Source of the DNA: Negaprion brevirostris
Lineage: Eukaryota
DNA length: 64,000 nucleotides
Assembly: GCA_030324005.1 (NCBI GenBank)
Contig: JARDVH010000132.1
Span: 77,814,252-77,878,251, forward strand
Direction of reading: 5' to 3'
Made by a program: the position numbers and the translations under genes
The notes under the pieces: model-generated
The model's database searches: none
The model's input: the letters and a program-made list of their open reading frames with translations, nothing else
Told to the model about the DNA's origin: nothing
Shown: positions 39,061 through 51,543 of the stretch, one piece after another
Layout of the letters: every line of letters begins with the position of its first letter
How positions within the stretch are numbered: the stretch's first letter is position 1

Positions 39061-39867
39061 GCCCTTTGAGGTGAACTGGGAATCCGGAGGGGTATTAAAA
39101 TTGGAATGCAAAGCATCTGGAGCAAAGCCCAATTTTCCCACTGTCAGGGAAATTCCCAGAAGCAAAAACAGACTGAATGACAATGTTGGGTAACTATTTT
39201 AACTTTTGAAATGATAGATCTACCTTAAGTTTCAGTTACACATCATTCTGAGAATGTCTTTTTTAGGGTTCTCTAATACAGCAGTTTTGAGAAGCTTCTC
39301 TTTGAATATAATTGTCTCGACAATGTCAGTCTTCTGGAAGATATTGGCACATTGTTCATTCTTATAACTGTGTGGACTGCCATGCAAATGGGCCCACATT
39401 GGTCCAATTGCTGCTAATTTTCACTGATCACACAGACAAGCCTGGAGAACAGAGTACTAATCAGTGAATTGATTTGCTACTTTTCAAAAAGTAGTCATAT
39501 TCTCCCTGCTGCTAAACGTACAGATTACCACAGTACTTTGTGGAGGAATGATTCAGTAAGGCCAATGTGGAGATTGCTATATGCGACTAATCTGTACTGT
39601 GTCTTTTTATGGAAACTTCATGCCACCTGTTCATTAATAATTGTAACATGAAACCTAGGGTAAAACCTTCTGCTGACAGGCTGTATGCTGAGCAGAGACC
39701 TGAGATGTGCAAGTGGTTAACACAACTAGCCTGCACTCCTGCACTTACGAAGGTTGGTCTACACCCACCCCCACCCCCTCAGCCCACCCCACCCATCTTA
39801 AAGGGAGCTGCATTCAAGCACTGAAGCTGCTAGAACAGAAAAGTTTTGGTAGAAGCTACAGCACTGC

Positions 39868-41680
39868 AAATGGGGCAACTAGTTTGAGTGACAGCCAGGT
39901 TTTCAGAGGTGATGTTAGAGGCTTTAGTTACTGAGGTCGAAAAAGGAAAGATACTGTGTTTCTACAAGAGATCGGAACCCTCTCAGGGCATAACGTGAAG
40001 GGAGTGGGAGTATGTGGCCAGGGAGATTTATTCCTGAAGTCTGCCCCTGAGAATCTGGCTGTAATGCCAGAAAACGCTCAATGACTTCACACAGGTAGGC
40101 AAGGTCAGTGAATGCTTCTTCCAAAGATATCTGCTGCCAATGCACAAGCTCACATCACACAATGCACTGGACCTCCATCACACACCATTCAGCAATCATG
40201 ACTTATGCCTGTAAGATTGAGAAGTTTCAACTCGCCCTTACACACTTGCCAATAATATCAGCCTCACACCCACTTCTTGCAATTTCCACATACAGTCAGC
40301 TGTATCTAGGGCAAGCATATCATCCCAACATACTGCAACACAATCACTGACAGTCTCCCATATCTCCTGAAGAACAATGTGGTCCATAACAGGAGGAAAG
40401 AATAGAGAACCAGTGGAGGGCAGCATGCCTACATCAACTGATCCATCTGGTGCTCTGTATCATGGGGCCAACTCTGATCGAGGACAATTATTGAGAAGAT
40501 CGGGATAATTGGACTCCCTGTCTTCTGCCCCTTCTCACCCTCATGTTGTATCTGACATGAAATGCAAGTTGCACAGTGTGATCATTGACTTCATGGTTTT
40601 CACTCCACAGCTCTCACCTTCACCCCTTTCCCCTTTTGCAATTTTGCTTTCAGATAACCAAGATTTGCCACCTGGCCAACAAATGCAGCCTCAACTGGAA
40701 ACCTGAAATCTCTGGCGAAAGAGCACCATTTGATACTCATGGCCACCAGCTCAGATATAGGCATACACACACTTCCAGCAAATAGTGAGTCACCAGATAT
40801 GAACGAGCTGCAGCCAAGTCAACAGGAAGGATAACTCACCAGCACCACAGAGGACAAGGTCGTAGGTGAATTCTGGGATGTTTTTGACAGTCATACAAAG
40901 CAGAATGCTTGATGCATTGACAGGCCTGTTGACATTGGCAAGGAGCACGGAAGAATTCAACTCCAGTTTGTTGCAGGGCCTTGCACAAAGTTTGGAACCT
41001 ATCCTTTCCAGCGTGGTGGTGACCAACTCCATGAGAACACTTATGAGATCAGCTGCAAAGCAGCATATGATGGTCAATGTCTCAGTGTCTATTGAAGCAT
41101 AGGCAAAATCTATTTAATGTCTTAGAGCTGCAGTGGAGGATGGGCATATTTCTGTGCAAGCTGATACATACAGGTCCAGACTGCTGTTATTATAGCTGTG
41201 GAAACCAGTGCTCAAAGGGGTTCAGGGTGACATATCAATCCAGCAACCTGTGCTTTAGCACATTGCTTGATTACTTGGGAGCAATAATGGCAATGGTTGT
41301 GTGATGCACAAACCCATTGTCTGCTCTCAGGACGACAGCAACCATGCTCCCGTCACTGTTGCCAGAATTTTACCACCTCACCTGCCTGAGACCAATGTTC
41401 TGTGAGCCTTGCCTGCCCCAATTCCAGGGCAGGCACGCCAGCAAAATTCCGGCCTCTACCTTTGCCCCTGCTGTGACCACTCAGTTAGCCATTGCTAAGG
41501 TAGTTCACTATGAAGCCAGGGTGCACAGTATGTCCTGCAAGGCCATCTGCAATCCCTTTCTGTGAAAAGCAACAATTTTCCATCAGCCAAATTGTTGTCA
41601 CTGGAATATAACTGCATAGCAATAGTAGGTCAGATAAAGGAAGTGTAGGACAGACACTAAGAAAATACATTAGATGAATA
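39868..41680 (+). mobile_element. Harbinger Myb/SANT-like DNA-binding protein pseudogene (spliced-type remnant)
   Basis: ARFSEVMLEALVTEVEK...EWEYVAREIYS*SLPLRIWL*CQKTLNDFTQVGK (with frameshifts), then a GT donor (aag|gtcagt), and later NVVHNRRKE*RTSGG. This is the trihelix Myb_DNA-bind_5 pattern RFS..W..W.QC.K.FND..HNRRE..TGGG. Confidence 0.7.
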
Positions 41681-42626
41681 ACTTACTGTTGTATTATAGG
41701 AAATGTTATTTGATAAATCTGTTACAAAAATGTTTTTTGCTGGCAGCTTTTATAACAGGATTTTGAGTAATGTAACACTGTTACATAGCGGATGGATGGA
41801 AGATGGGGAATTATGGAGTAACTGTAATATGGGGATGGGAGAATAAGAGGCTGAGTCTCACGGACGGCCTGAATTTCTCTCTGGAGCTTGTGGGCAAACC
41901 ATCAGGTAAATCCTGGTTGGCATGGTTGTGGCCAGCTGCCATTGGTGGTCAGGTTCAAAGAGAGGGAGATTCTCCTCCTCAGACACTCTGCGCTCAATGG
42001 TGGAGGCCCTCTGTCATTTTTAATGACCACTCTTCACCCCCTGCAATTGTCAGGACATTAAGTCCTCTCTGACTGACCTCAGTGGTCAAGCCACTGTAAT
42101 CCCACCCCACTTATTTGCTTTTCCTGGCTCCAATGACAATGATCAATCTGAGATCTACTTCAATACTGCTCTTGGTAGGATTGTGTCACTGAAGACCTGC
42201 CAACCTCTGACTGGCTGCAGCTCTCAGAGGTGGGCACCACTCTGCAAGACAAATTGTTTCAGGCAATTCCTCCTGTAGGAGTCAGGAACCCCAGCAGAAG
42301 CCAATAGGCTGCCTGATTGGGATTTAATACCAATGGGATTCTCAGAAATGGCTCCCCTCTGTGACTATTAAATTCCGACCTTTGGTTCAGGATGCTGATT
42401 GCTGTTCCATGGCTTTCATTGTAGGTGCACTGTCCAGATGTGATCAGATAGTGGAGGGGAGTCATAAACCAAGTGTAGAGTTGGTATGCCTTGTCAGCCG
42501 CCAACCAATCTCTGGTTCTTTGTGGTAGGCCCAGTGATGGTGGGCATGACAAATTTATGCAAAATTCATGTGTCATGGCTTTTGCCAGGATAATGGGCAT
42601 TGGCTGAGAGCATGATTGCACACCAA

Positions 42627-42817
42627 CTTCCTTCTCAGCCTTTTGGCTAAGGTCAAGCCCAAGATGGGGTGCAATGCCTTATCTTGTCAGCTCGGATCTT
42701 ATTTGTCCCTCTTCTGGGGACCATGAATTAGATTCGATTTGAATTTAGTTTTTTGGAGCAAACAAGGAGATGATTTCAGATCTGCCCAGTCCACTCTGAG
42801 CATTGGCTTCTTAAAAA
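42627..42817 (+). pseudogene. U2 snRNA-derived element (modified U2 pseudogene or SINE-like), copy 1
   Basis: Colinear with U2: cttctcagccttttggctaaggtcaag (stem I), tcttgtcag...atcttatttgtccctcttctggggaccatgaatta (stems IIa/IIb), ttttttggagca...ggagatg...gtccactctgagcattg (Sm site and stem III), then aaaaa. Confidence 0.75.
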
Positions 42818-42961
42818 TTTTCTGCTGTTGGTAGACTTTAACATCACCCTGTTAATCTATGGGACTTGCAAAAGTATGTGTGTGCGTCTACGGTCCCTGC
42901 ACCTTTACAAATCTCACTTCTCTGGCGAAGCCATGAGCTCACTCCTTCTGGTTCTCTCTGG

Positions 42962-44125
42962 TAGAAGAGGAGACATATGCAAGTTAATGGAATGGGTGGA
43001 CAAATTGCTGGTGAAATTTAATGCCGTGATTGTGAAGTACTTAATTTTGGCGAGAACAAAGATGCAATATAAAATAAAAGATATCATTCTAAATAGAGTG
43101 CAGGAACTGACACACCTGGGAGTATATATGCATGAATAATTAAGATGGCAAGGTAGGTTGAGAAAGTGATTAGAAAACATATGAGACCCTAGAACTCATA
43201 GAATCATAGAATCCCTACAATGCTGAAGGAGGCCATACAGCCCATCAAGTCTGCATTGATTTTTACGCAGGGTCTATCTCCATAACCCCATGTATTTTAC
43301 TCTCCAATTCGCCTAACCTACATCTTTGGACACGAAGGGACAATTTAGCACGTCCAATCCACCTAACCTGCACATCTTTGGATGTGTGAAAAAATCAGAG
43401 CATCCGGAGGAAACCCATGCACACATGGTGAGAATGTGCAAACTCGACACATTCACCCAAGATTGGAATTGAACCGCAACCCTGGCACTGTGAGGCATTA
43501 GTGCTAAGCACCCTGAGCTGTATAAATGACAAAAGCAAGGACGTTATGATAAACTTACAGGAAACATTGATTCAGATTCAGCTGGAGTCTTGTATCCCAT
43601 TTTGGGATCAAACTTCAGGAAGGGCTTGAAGGCATCAGAGGGAATGCAGAAAAGATTCACAAGAATGATTCCAGGACTCAGGAACTTCAGTTATATAGAT
43701 ATATTGGAAACAATGGGGCTGTTCTCTTTGAAGGAGAAGATTGAGGGAATATTTGATAGAGGTGTTGAAAAGCATACATGGGCTGGACAGAGTAGATAGA
43801 TAGAAACTGTTCTCTCTATCTACTGTTCATTAAATGTTTGAGATCCAGGGGGCACAGATTTAAGATGATTGGCAAAAGAAGTGCTGGTGACATTAGGAAA
43901 AACCTTTTATGTAGTAAGTGGTTTGGATGTGGAATGCTCTGTCTGAAAGGCAGTTTTAATAGTGGCTTTAAAAAGAGAATTGGATCAGTACCTGAGGAGT
44001 AAACATTTGCAGGGCAACAGGGAAATGATGGCAGCTTGGCACTAGATGAACTGCTCTTGCAGAGAGCCATCACAGGCATGATGGGCCAATTGTCTTCCTT
44101 CTGTGCTGTAATCCTTCAACATAAA
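42962..44125 (+). mobile_element. CR1 3' portion, split by an HE1 SINE
   Basis: DICKLMEWVDKLLVKFNA...; KASEGMQKRFTRMIPGLRNFSY; the 3' UTR ends atgggccaattgtcttccttctgtgctgtaatc. Confidence 0.8.
43191..43511 (-). mobile_element. HE1-type V-SINE nested in a CR1
   Basis: Tail atagaatcatagaatccctac, V-domain and head are present, flanked by accct on both sides. Confidence 0.85.
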
Positions 44126-44334
44126 TCCCATTTTCTTCCATACAGGGTCTTGTTCACCTCCCGGTGGTGCATGGCTGTGGTGAAATGTGGCAAAGGTCGT
44201 CTGCTCCCACTTAGAAACATACACTGGCATACAAATTTAGGACCATTGTGCTCTTCATGACCACTGTCATCATCATATTGTGTGGCAGTGTTATAGAAGG
44301 TGGCATAGTTCTATCACCAATCTGTTGATGAAAT

Positions 44335-44672
44335 GGAGGCACATTGTACACTGCTCCTGGCTCATAAGCCAGAGACCCAGCATAATGCCCTAGGGACCAG
44401 GGTTCAATTCCCACCATGGCAGAAGGTGGAATTTGAAATCCATAAAAATCCATAATTAAATGTCTAATGATGACCATGAAAATATTGTCATCACCCACCT
44501 GGTTTGCAAATGTTTTTTTAATGGAGGAATCTGCCATTCTTCCTTGGTCTGGTTTACACTAGATGTGACTCCACTGCCCTTCTGAAATGGCCCAAGCAAG
44601 CCACTCAGTCCAAGGGCAATTAGGAATGCTGGCCTAGCCAGCGATGCCCACATCTTATGAATGAATAAAAAA
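44335..44672 (+). mobile_element. tRNA-derived SINE (family B)
   Basis: gggttcaattcccaccatggcagaaggtggaatttgaa...atgctggcctagccagcgatgcccacatcttatgaatgaataaaaaa. Homologous to 12483-12832. Confidence 0.8.
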
Positions 44673-44711
44673 TGCCAAAGATCTGTTCCTTATGGTACAT
44701 TTATAGCGAAT

Positions 44712-45255
44712 CGTAATGTCATTCAAGCCACAGAAGGTGGCAATTCAGCCCACCAAGTCTGTGGCAACTCTCTATACAACAACCCAGTCAATTCCGTTCC
44801 CTCACTCTATTCCCAAGGCCTTGCAAGTTTATTTCCTTCAAATACCTATCCAATTAATTTTCAAATTACCTCTGCTTTCATAGGCCACAAGTTCCAGGTT
44901 ATTATCATACACTGCCTTAAACAAGTTTTTCCTCATATCTCCCCTTGCATCTCTAGACCAAAACCTTAATTTTGTGACCCGGAGCCGTCACATTATCAAC
45001 TTCTGAGAACAGTTTTTTTGTCAACTTTAACTAAATCGGTTACAATCTTGTACACCCCTACCAAACCTCCTTTGCTCCAAGGAGAATAACTATAATTCCT
45101 CCAACTTAACCTTGTGGCTAAAATCACTGGAGCCATCTTGGTAAATCTTCTTGGCACCTTCTCAAGATATTTATCTTAATGTGTGCAGAACTGAATGTAA
45201 CGTGGACTATCCAGAACTTTACTAATGTTCAGCACAACTTCACTGCTTTTGAATT
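44712..45255 (-). mobile_element. Old CR1 3' fragment
   Basis: Begins with the reversed tail (gccacagaaggtggcaattcagcccacc) and continues into a decayed ORF2 C-terminus. Confidence 0.6.
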
Positions 45256-45502
45256 GGATAAGATCTTCTATTGAGGGTCCACAATAGAAGGACTCTTCCT
45301 TCCTGCCTCTACACTACCAGTGCTGCATTTCCAGATCCTGTTAAAGCCCAAAAGGAATTGAAGCTAAAGCTGGCTTTCTCCTGACAGGCCTTCCAATATT
45401 GCTAACCTCCTTGTCAAAGACTGACACCACTTCCTTAAAAATCCAAAAGTTTTGCCAAACTTCTCCACTAACATTTACTACAGAATTTCCACTAATATTG
45501 AA

Positions 45503-47245
45503 CAAAGAACGAAGAAAATTACAGCATAAGTACAGGCACTTCGGCCCTCCAAGCCTGCATTGAACATGCTGCCTGACTGAACTAAAACCTTCTACCCTTC
45601 CGGGGATCATATCCCTCTATTCCCATCCTATTCACATATTTGTCAAGATGCCACTTAAAAGTCACTATGGTATCTGCTGCCACTACTTTCCCCAGCAGTG
45701 ATTTCCAGGCACCCACCACCCTCTGCGTAAAAAACTTGCCTCGTACATCTCCTTTAAATCTTGTACCTCGCACCTTAAACCTATGCNNNNNNNNNNNNNN
45801 NNNNNNNNNNNNNNNNNNNNNNNNNNNNNNNNNNNNNNNNNNNNNNNNNNNNNNNNNNNNNNNNNNNNNNNNNNNNNNNNNNNNNNNNNNNNNNNNNNNN
45901 NNNNNNNNNNNNNNNNNNNNNNNNNNNNNNNNNNNNNNNNNNNNNNNNNNNNNNNNNNNNNNNNNNNNNNNNNNNNNNNNNNNNNNNNNNNNNNNNNNNN
46001 NNNNNNNNNNNNNNNNNNNNNNNNNNNNNNNNNNNNNNNNNNNNNNNNNNNNNNNNNNNNNNNNNNNNNNNNNNNNNNNNNNNNNNNNNNNNNNNNNNNN
46101 NNNNNNNNNNNNNNNNNNNNNNNNNNNNNNNNNNNNNNNNNNNNNNNNNNNNNNNNNNNNNNNNNNNNNNNNNNNNNNNNNNNNNNNNNNNNNNNNNNNN
46201 NNNNNNNNNNNNNNNNNNNNNNNNNNNNNNNNNNNNNNNNNNNNNNNNNNNNNNNNNNNNNNNNNNNNNNNNNNNNNNNNNNNNNNNNNNNNNNNNNNNN
46301 NNNNNNNNNNNNNNNNNNNNNNNNNNNNNNNNNNNNNNNNNNNNNNNNNNNNNNNNNNNNNNNNNNNNNNNNNNNNNNNNNNNNNNNNNNNNNNNNNNNN
46401 NNNNNNNNNNNNNNNNNNNNNNNNNNNNNNNNNNNNNNNNNNNNNNNNNNNNNNNNNNNNNNNNNNNNNNNNNNNNNNNNNNNNNNNNNNNNNNNNNNNN
46501 NNNNNNNNNNNNNNNNNNNNNNNNNNNNNNNNNNNNNNNNNNNNNNNNNNATATCCACCTTACCAGCTCAACTCTGATCCCATGCAACTTCATCTTTTGC
46601 ACCACTCTGCGTTGAGGGACCTTGACAAAGGCCTTACTGAAGTCCATGTAGACAACATCCAGTGCCCGACCCTCATTAATCATCTTCATCACTTCCTCGA
46701 AAAACTTGATCAGCCATGGTAGACACAATCTCCCCTTCACAAAACCGTGTTGTCTCTCGCTGATATGTCTGCTTATTTCCAAGTGGGAGTAAATCCTGTC
46801 TCCAAGAATCCTCTCCAATAATTTCCCTGCCACTGATGTAAGGCTCACCGGCCTGTAATTATCTGGATTATTCTTGCTACCCATTTTAAACAAAGGAACA
46901 ACATTGGCTATTCTCCAATCCTCTGAGACCTCCCCTGTAGCCAGTGAGGATATAAAGATTTCTCTCAAGGCTCTAGCAATTTCCTTCCTTGCCTCTCTCA
47001 GTATTCTGGGAATTTGTCTACCTTGATGTTTCTCAAGAATACCAATACCTCCTCCTTTTTGACCTCAACATGACTCAAACAATCTACACACCCTTACCCA
47101 GACTCAACATCCACCAAGTCCTTCTTTTTGGTGAATACTGACGCAAAGTACTCATTTAATACCTCACCCATTCCCTGTGGCTCCACACATAGATTCCCTC
47201 CCCTGTCCTTGAGTGGGCCAACCCTCTCCCTGGCTACCATTTTGC
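45503..47245 (-). mobile_element. Young CR1 LINE ORF2 (RT) and 3' UTR, with a 764-N gap
   Basis: FISSLATGEVSEDWRIANVVPLFKMGSKNNPDNYRPVSLTSVAGKLLERIL...QHGFVKGR...VYMDFSKAF; RVGPLKDRGGNLCVEPQGMGEVLNEYFASVFT; C-terminal FFTQRVVGAWKSL. Confidence 0.93.
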
Positions 47246-47389
47246 TCTCACAAAAATTACATTCACAAGAAGAAAGCCCAAAGCACCTCAACTGGAAGTC
47301 ACTTTGTAATTCCTTTTATTAATGCTGAAGAAAAGATGTTGTATGCTGTTGTGTGTGCTTATGTGCCATCGTAATGTAAAGGTGCTTAG

Positions 47390-47530
47390 CAGAGCAAAAA
47401 ATTGCTGGAAAATCTCAGCAGACCTGACAGTATCTGTAGAGAGAGAATAGAGCTAACATTTCAAATCCGGATGACCCTTCATTGGAGTGCCAGATTCAGA
47501 TTCCAGCATCTGTAGTATTTTGCTTTTATC
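47390..47530. repeat. Penelope-derived repeat with both terminal segments and a decayed hammerhead-like core on the minus strand
   Basis: The minus strand reads ccaatgaagggtcatccggatttgaaatgttagctct; the right end is agattccagcatctgtagtattttgcttttat. Confidence 0.6.
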
Positions 47531-49110
47531 TTGGGGTTTATGTGGGACTGGAGAATAGCATTGCCCACAGCCCTCCATTCATATAATGCATAGCATTGCA
47601 TGGTAATAGACTGGTGGAACACAATAAAGAACTAGTCTGCATGGAAGCAGCATGATGCTTGTCAATAATTGGGATGTGTAAATCGTCAGGAATTAACAAA
47701 GATGATTCAGCTTTAGACAGAGAAGTCTCAAAAATGCCTCATTGAGGTGTCAAATGAACCTCTAAGCCAACATACAACATACTTCCCTCAATGATGGCAC
47801 CATAATACAACATGGTGCTCAGCAGTGGCTCAAAATATGACGGCAATGGTGTGGGGGTGGGGATGATCCCTCATGGAGCTGAACATGTGATTAAGATAGG
47901 GCATTAACAGAAAGTCCAGTATGGCAGATTATGCACCAAATCAGCCTTCAAAGCTTTTAAATGCACCCAAGCTACATGGTTTAGCATGTGTCATGCCCTT
48001 TAAGATAGGGCTGTGCTGAATGTGACTGAAAGCATTCCACTGGACTCTTATAAAGTTTTGGGCTTCCATAGTCCCTGCACCAAAGATGTTACGAAGTTGA
48101 ATTTCTTACTGCCCAACAATCTAAAAGCTTCCCCAGTCCAAAACAAATACGGTGGTAGTAATGCAATAATAATATTTTATTGTATTTTACCAAAGGATCA
48201 AGTTGCATTTCAATTCACAAACTTGGTTTGGCTTGACTGCACCAAATCTGAATATAAGAGAGCAAAAGAATTTCAGCATAAAAAATTATGTGGACCCTAT
48301 TTTCTTTTCTGAGCATCACTAAAATGATGGTAAAAATTAATGCCTGATTGAATATCTACATTTATTGAAATAAATTTGGCTGCAAATCATACTTAAGAGC
48401 ATAGTAGAATAGGCAGACTCAAAGGTCAATTACTTAAGGACCAAGAAATAGTATTTGGTGCAAAAAGACTATTCGTCTTTTCTTTACCTTCATCTTAAAA
48501 TTTGTAAATCATTTTGAAAATGTGAACATATCTGTTCCCTGACTCCTCTCCCCAGATGTATGTATAGAACAAGACCTATTATCAATTGGTTTTGGCTGCA
48601 AGACCATTTGTTTCTGAAATTGCAGACAAGAAACTATTGAGGATACCTTTTAGTACCCTTAATTCCTGGTAACGTGAATTCTTGATCTCAGCCATGCTGC
48701 CCAGTAACTCATCATATGTCTGTAAGAATGAGGACAAAATGATCATACTTTCTAGTCACTCTGGGCTGTGCCTGAACTAACTCCATCTACTCTGCCAATC
48801 CAGGAATATATTGAAAGATCTTTGTAGCAACAAAAGACTTATGAATTTCTGGTGGATGGTTCAAGATTTGAGGCAGGACTCAGAAATGCCTTTTGATAGT
48901 GGCAAGTAAATTTTAACAGAAATACTAAGTTATGTAAATGATAGGATAATGATGGGTGACAAAATTCATCAGAAGTCTCATAGTTTGTGCCAGCACTGAA
49001 GATGATTAACGCCATGTGTATGTGCACGTACACCCATATACAACAGATCACTTACTCATGGAGTAACTGGCTTGATACAGCTTTATTAAGTTTAGGCAGT
49101 GTTTTAATGT

Positions 49111-49338
49111 ATGGTTTTCCTCAGGGTGCTCCGGTTTCCTCCCACAGTCCAAAGTTGTGCAGGTTAGGTGGATTGGCCACGCTAAATTATTTTTAGCGTC
49201 CAATAATGTGTAGGTTAGGTGCATGGGCCATGGTAAATGCACAGGGTTACTGGGATAGGGTAGGGGGCCTAGGTAAGATGTTGAGTTGATGCAGACTTGA
49301 TGGGCAGAATGGCCTTCTTCTAAACTGTAGTGATTCAA
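49111..49338 (+). mobile_element. HE1-type V-SINE, 5'-truncated
   Basis: gggtgctccggtttcctcccacagtccaaag...gcagacttgatgggcagaatggccttcttctaaactgtagtgattc. Confidence 0.85.
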
Positions 49339-49487
49339 TAATTTTATGATATTTTAGCACTGAATGAAACATTTTCCTTCTTTTGTGTTTTCTACTGTAG
49401 GTAAAAGAATTTATTGGCTTCCTTTCATGTAGTATTTAGTTTTGGAACTGTGTTAGCTCTTACTTCTGCTACAGCACTTTCATGGGA

Positions 49488-49687
49488 GTCATGATGTGGA
49501 GATGCCAGTGTTGGACTTGGGTGGGCACAGTAAGAAGTCTCACAACACTAGGTTAAACTCATGAGCTTTCAGAGTGCGGCTCCTTCATCAAGTGAGTCGC
49601 CTGATGAAGGAACAGCGCTCTGAAAGCTCATGATTCCAAATAAAGCTGTTGGACTTCAACCTGGTGTTGTGAGACTTCTTACTGCAC
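49488..49687. repeat. Penelope-type inverted repeat with two hammerhead-like cores
   Basis: Outer arms 49528-49557 / 49655-49684 and inner arms 49560-49594 / 49598-49632 are reverse complements. CTGATGA at 49601-49607, GAAA at 49622-49625. Confidence 0.75.
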
Positions 49688-49840
49688 TGTCATAAGAAAT
49701 CTAATGTTTATATTTTGGAATATACCCAGAATACCAATATATAAAATTACAATGGCATAATGCAAGGGTAAGTAAACATGTCTGTCTGACCTGAATAAGA
49801 TTATTGGCTTTGAATTTCCAATCCCTTGCCAATCCCTTGG

Positions 49841-50092
49841 AAGAACATAATAACATAAGAAATAGGAGCAGGAGTAGGCCATCTAGCCCTTCGAGCCATT
49901 CAATAAGATCATGGCTGNNNNNNNNNNNNNNNNNNNNNNNNNNNNNNNNNNNNNNNNNNNNNNNNNNNNNNNNNNNNNNNNNNNNNNNNNNNNNNNNNNN
50001 NNNNNNNNNNNNNNNNNACTACTCTTAGCTACTCTAAACGCCTCCGCTTTTAATTTAACACTTTCCTTCACCTCCTTCGTTATCCACGGCTT
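49841..50092 (-). mobile_element. CR1 ends flanking a gap (3' tail on the left, ORF2 linker on the right)
   Basis: aacataagaaataggagcaggagtaggccatctagcccttcgagcc on the left; minus-strand PWITKEVKESVKLKAEAFRVAKSS on the right. Confidence 0.8.
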
Positions 50093-51518
50093 ATGAAAGA
50101 AGATCTATAGAAACGCTAAAGAAATGGTGGGACTGATTGTCTTTTTTTCCCCAGTGATTTCACTGATCTCCCAGTAAAAAATATTGTGACATGTTGGGCG
50201 AAACCTCATCAAAAGTAAGAAACAGAAATTTAACTGCATCATGCCAGTTTTACAAATACCTGACATATCTAATAGGTACCTAAGGATCCAGTATGGAAGG
50301 TGTTTCTTTCCACATTGGAGATGCGTCACCCTCTGTCCTGAATCAGTCTCTTCCTTAGCCCTCTGGAATCATTTAAAAGTCTCAATATTATTTTTAAACA
50401 AGGGGCCAACAGTTGTTACAAGATCCTTTTGTGAGACCCAGCACATGATAAGCTCACTAAGCAACTCACGGTGCTAACAAGCAAAAAATCTTCAACAATG
50501 CTATTGAAAACGCTCATCCACAACATGTAGTATATTTTCTGTTACACTGCTGGTTTACTTTTGGGCATTTTCAGGAAAATTTTCTGACTGCTACAACTGA
50601 TCACTGATTTCTATTTCTGCTGGGGCTGCTTTTCCTTGTTTCGACAACAGTTTTGCTACAGCCATGGGTGGTGTGTTTTTGCACATGAAGGTCAAGCAGG
50701 GTGCGCCAAGAAGACAGGACAGAGCAAAAGCAGCTCGGATAAGAAGATGGAAGTGGACAATGCCCAGAACAGATTTGCAACGAACACATCACATACCGAT
50801 GAGGAGTGGTTTTTGGTTGTCTTTGTTTCATGTGGCCATTGTCCATGAACTACAAGATGTACTATACAAATCAAAACTTGAAAAAAGTCACGCACAACAC
50901 TGCCTGTGTCTACTGGAATTGTCATGGGGTCACTCTGGTTTGCAGCAGGTGACATCAGTCAATACCATGATATTAAGAATGGCAGTCAGGAGTTCCATTT
51001 CACTTCCAACAGATTAAAGTCACCTTTGGAACTTCCCAGCTAGTACAGCCAGGAGCTTAGCCAGTAAATAGTACAACCTGGCAGCAGAACCCAGTCCCAA
51101 CACATCTACTCCTAGCATTAACAATCGTACAGCCCCGGGAAAGGGCAATTTGTACACTTGCATCAAAAAAGAATCAATGCCTAATCCAGGCTCATGATTA
51201 TTTATTTTTAAAACTATTATTTGTATATTTGAATTAAAATCTTTCAACCCTGTGACATTGCATGACACCTCTTGATACCCTTAACTGTTCACTGTCACCT
51301 TCCTGAATGCTCCCCTTATGCGTGAGTCAGTGAAAGGAAACTAATATGAACCTGACAAAGCCAAAGGGTTAAAGCTACTGCATCATGAATTAGAATAGCT
51401 CAAACAAAGCCCCGCTTCTATCAAGAGCTGCAGCTGCTCAATGCCTGATTGCTCTAGGTTGTAGCTGGACTATCTTAGGCCACCTCCACTGACCTTGAAA
51501 ACAGCACTCAGAGAGTGA

Positions 51519-51543
51519 GTGTGTGTGTGTGTGTGTGTGTGTG
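51519..51543. repeat. (GT)n microsatellite
   Basis: About 12 perfect GT units. Confidence 0.95.

Noticed and set aside
42627-42817. Functional U2 snRNA gene
   Set aside because: The branch-point recognition sequence GTAGTA is missing, stem IV is absent and the sequence is highly diverged, so it is treated as a derived repeat.
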